Shown: in pieces, positions 62,727 to 64,000 of the stretch
Layout of the letters: each line of letters begins with the position of its first letter
Position numbering within the stretch: the stretch's first letter is position 1
DNA from: Candidatus Moraniibacteriota bacterium
GTDB lineage: Bacteria; Patescibacteriota; Minisyncoccia; Moranbacterales; UBA2206
Assembly (NCBI GenBank): GCA_049297495.1
Contig: JBAQUL010000014.1
Location: 6,359 to 70,358, forward strand
Reading direction: 5' to 3'
Length of the DNA: 64,000 nt
Translations under genes and position numbers: made by a program
Notes under the pieces: model-generated
The model's input: the letters and a program-made list of their open reading frames with translations, nothing else
Told to the model about the DNA's origin: nothing
The model's database searches: none

Positions 62727-63272
62727 ATGAACGAACAAATAAAAAATCAATTTCAGAAAACTCAGGTTGAAAAAGAATCGACTTCCCTTTTCAAATCTGA
62801 GCTATACGATCCGTGCAAAATATCCTGGGATGAAATTAAAGAGACTGTTTTTGATTTAATACGCACTAATTGTGGTGAAGAAATATTCAATGATCCATAT
62901 TTCACTAAAGAAGTAATAGAAACTCTCTTTAATGATCCGCAAAGTATTGTTGTATTATTGCGAAGCGCAGAGAAAAAAATTATTGGATATCAACTCGCCG
63001 TTCCTGATTCTGAACAGCCGGAAGGTACGGCGTCCTATATCTACGCAACCGATATTTATCCCGAATTTCAGGGAAAGAGTTTAGTTGAAAAGCTTTCAAA
63101 ATTAACGGAGGATGAAATGAAAAGAAGAGGCTATCAATTTATGACTCGTGATTCAGCGATCTATAATGGTTATGCGCTAGCTATTGAAAAAGCCTATGGA
63201 GATCGAATTATAGAAAAGAAAAATCACCGTAGCGACTATGGTGCCCAACGATATTTTAAGATTAAATTGTAA
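62727..63272 (+). CDS. Possible GNAT-family N-acetyltransferase
   Basis: IGYQLAV...YIYATDIYPEFQGKSLVEKL resembles GNAT motif A. Weak call. Confidence 0.4.
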   Translation: MNEQIKNQFQKTQVEKESTSLFKSELYDPCKISWDEIKETVFDLIRTNCGEEIFNDPYFTKEVIETLFNDPQSIVVLLRSAEKKIIGYQLAVPDSEQPEGTASYIYATDIYPEFQGKSLVEKLSKLTEDEMKRRGYQFMTRDSAIYNGYALAIEKAYGDRIIEKKNHRSDYGAQRYFKIKL

Positions 63273-63344
63273 AAAGTTCTATCTTTTTATTAATTTTCAA
63301 AATATACGCTCTAATAACGTCCCACAGCCCCAACAAATTAAATT

Positions 63345-63869
63345 ATGACCGAAAAAAAATATTACAATATATTACTCATTGCCGAAAAAAAGTCTTGTCT
63401 ATCTCTAGAAAATCTAAGGATGGATCTTGTTGGCTCAAAACTTGTCGATCTTCAGCCTCCGCACGTGACGATAAAAAGGAAGTTTTCGCTGAAAAATAAC
63501 TTTTCAGAAAAAGACTTAGTTGAATTATTAAAAAATTTTGAAATGTCAAAAATAATTTTTCCTTTTGATAAATTGGAGCGATTTGGCGATGCAATAGTAC
63601 TGTCTGGAAAAAATAGGGTGCTTTTTGAAAAACACAAAGAGCTTGTCGCATTATTAAAAGATTACACGCAAACGGTAAATCCTGAGTGGGAAGAGAACAA
63701 TTTCACAGCACACCTGACGATTGTTCAAGATCCCGAAAATCGCTTCCAGATTAAGAAAGAAGACTTGGGAATAAAAGAAATTCCTTTGGATGAAATTCGG
63801 CTTGTCGAAATAGATCCTGCTCCCATCAAAATTCATTCGAGGCTACTTTATTCAAAAATTTTAATTTAA
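63345..63869 (+). CDS. 2H phosphoesterase superfamily protein (LigT / 2'-5' RNA ligase-like)
   Basis: Two H-x-T-x motifs (PPHVTIKRKF and TAHLTIVQD) at the expected spacing for a 2H fold. Confidence 0.55.
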   Translation: MTEKKYYNILLIAEKKSCLSLENLRMDLVGSKLVDLQPPHVTIKRKFSLKNNFSEKDLVELLKNFEMSKIIFPFDKLERFGDAIVLSGKNRVLFEKHKELVALLKDYTQTVNPEWEENNFTAHLTIVQDPENRFQIKKEDLGIKEIPLDEIRLVEIDPAPIKIHSRLLYSKILI

Positions 63870-64000
63870 GATAATTAAGTTCTAACTTCGTCCCACAACC
63901 TCAACATGGAAAAAAGAGGCTTAAACAATGCCTCTTTTTTGATGAGAAAGCTTGTGCTTTAAATAAATATCTCAGACCTTGCTTTTATTGGCCAGAAATG

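Overview
This is a low-GC (~38%), gene-dense bacterial chromosomal window. It contains housekeeping genes, a copper/metal-homeostasis island, an unusually high load of small palindromic repeat elements, and one giant surface-protein gene. The gene content and giant repeat protein suggest a small-genome, possibly CPR/Patescibacteria-like lineage; this is inference only.

Housekeeping content:
- Anaerobic ribonucleotide reductase locus: nrdG, a duplicated nrdD 3' fragment, nrdD, and nrdR with a consensus NrdR box.
- Copper/metal island (5.0-14.5 kb, all minus strand): DUF2892 protein, RND permease plus adaptor, two CsoR-like repressors, copA, and an HMA-permease-cupredoxin fusion protein.
- Three tandem DMT/EamA transporters, peptidase E, an HD hydrolase and a class-III aminotransferase.
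- Cell-wall and division genes: mraY, dacA-like carboxypeptidase, scpB/scpA, and a dcw block (mraZ, rsmH, ftsL, ftsI, murF) followed by a GT2 synthase and a WecA-like transferase.
- Translation and replication genes: aspS, a CheY-like receiver, cysK, the prfA-prmC pair, and dnaX.

Findings worth a second look:
- A single 12.6-kb gene (27256..39870, minus) encodes a ~4200-aa secreted and membrane-anchored protein. It is built from ELWxxDGT repeats, Listeria-Bacteroides (Flg_new) repeats, about 14 RCC1 repeats and C-terminal carboxypeptidase-regulatory-like domains.
- At least five families of 90-165 bp inverted-repeat (MITE-like) elements are present. Some are inserted in-frame into essential genes (prmC, rsmH), and one family shows compensatory base changes consistent with a conserved RNA/DNA fold.
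- A tRNA-Gln(UUG) gene is flanked by two tRNA fragments and a small GIY-YIG nuclease ORF.
- A stand-alone 87-aa paralog of the NrdD glycyl-radical C-terminus sits just downstream of nrdD.
- A 580-bp AT-rich, ORF-free region carries a cluster of DnaA-box-like 9-mers.
- A 30-aa Lys/Ala-rich ORF, missed by the ORF track, lies next to that region.

No rRNA genes or CRISPR arrays were seen.
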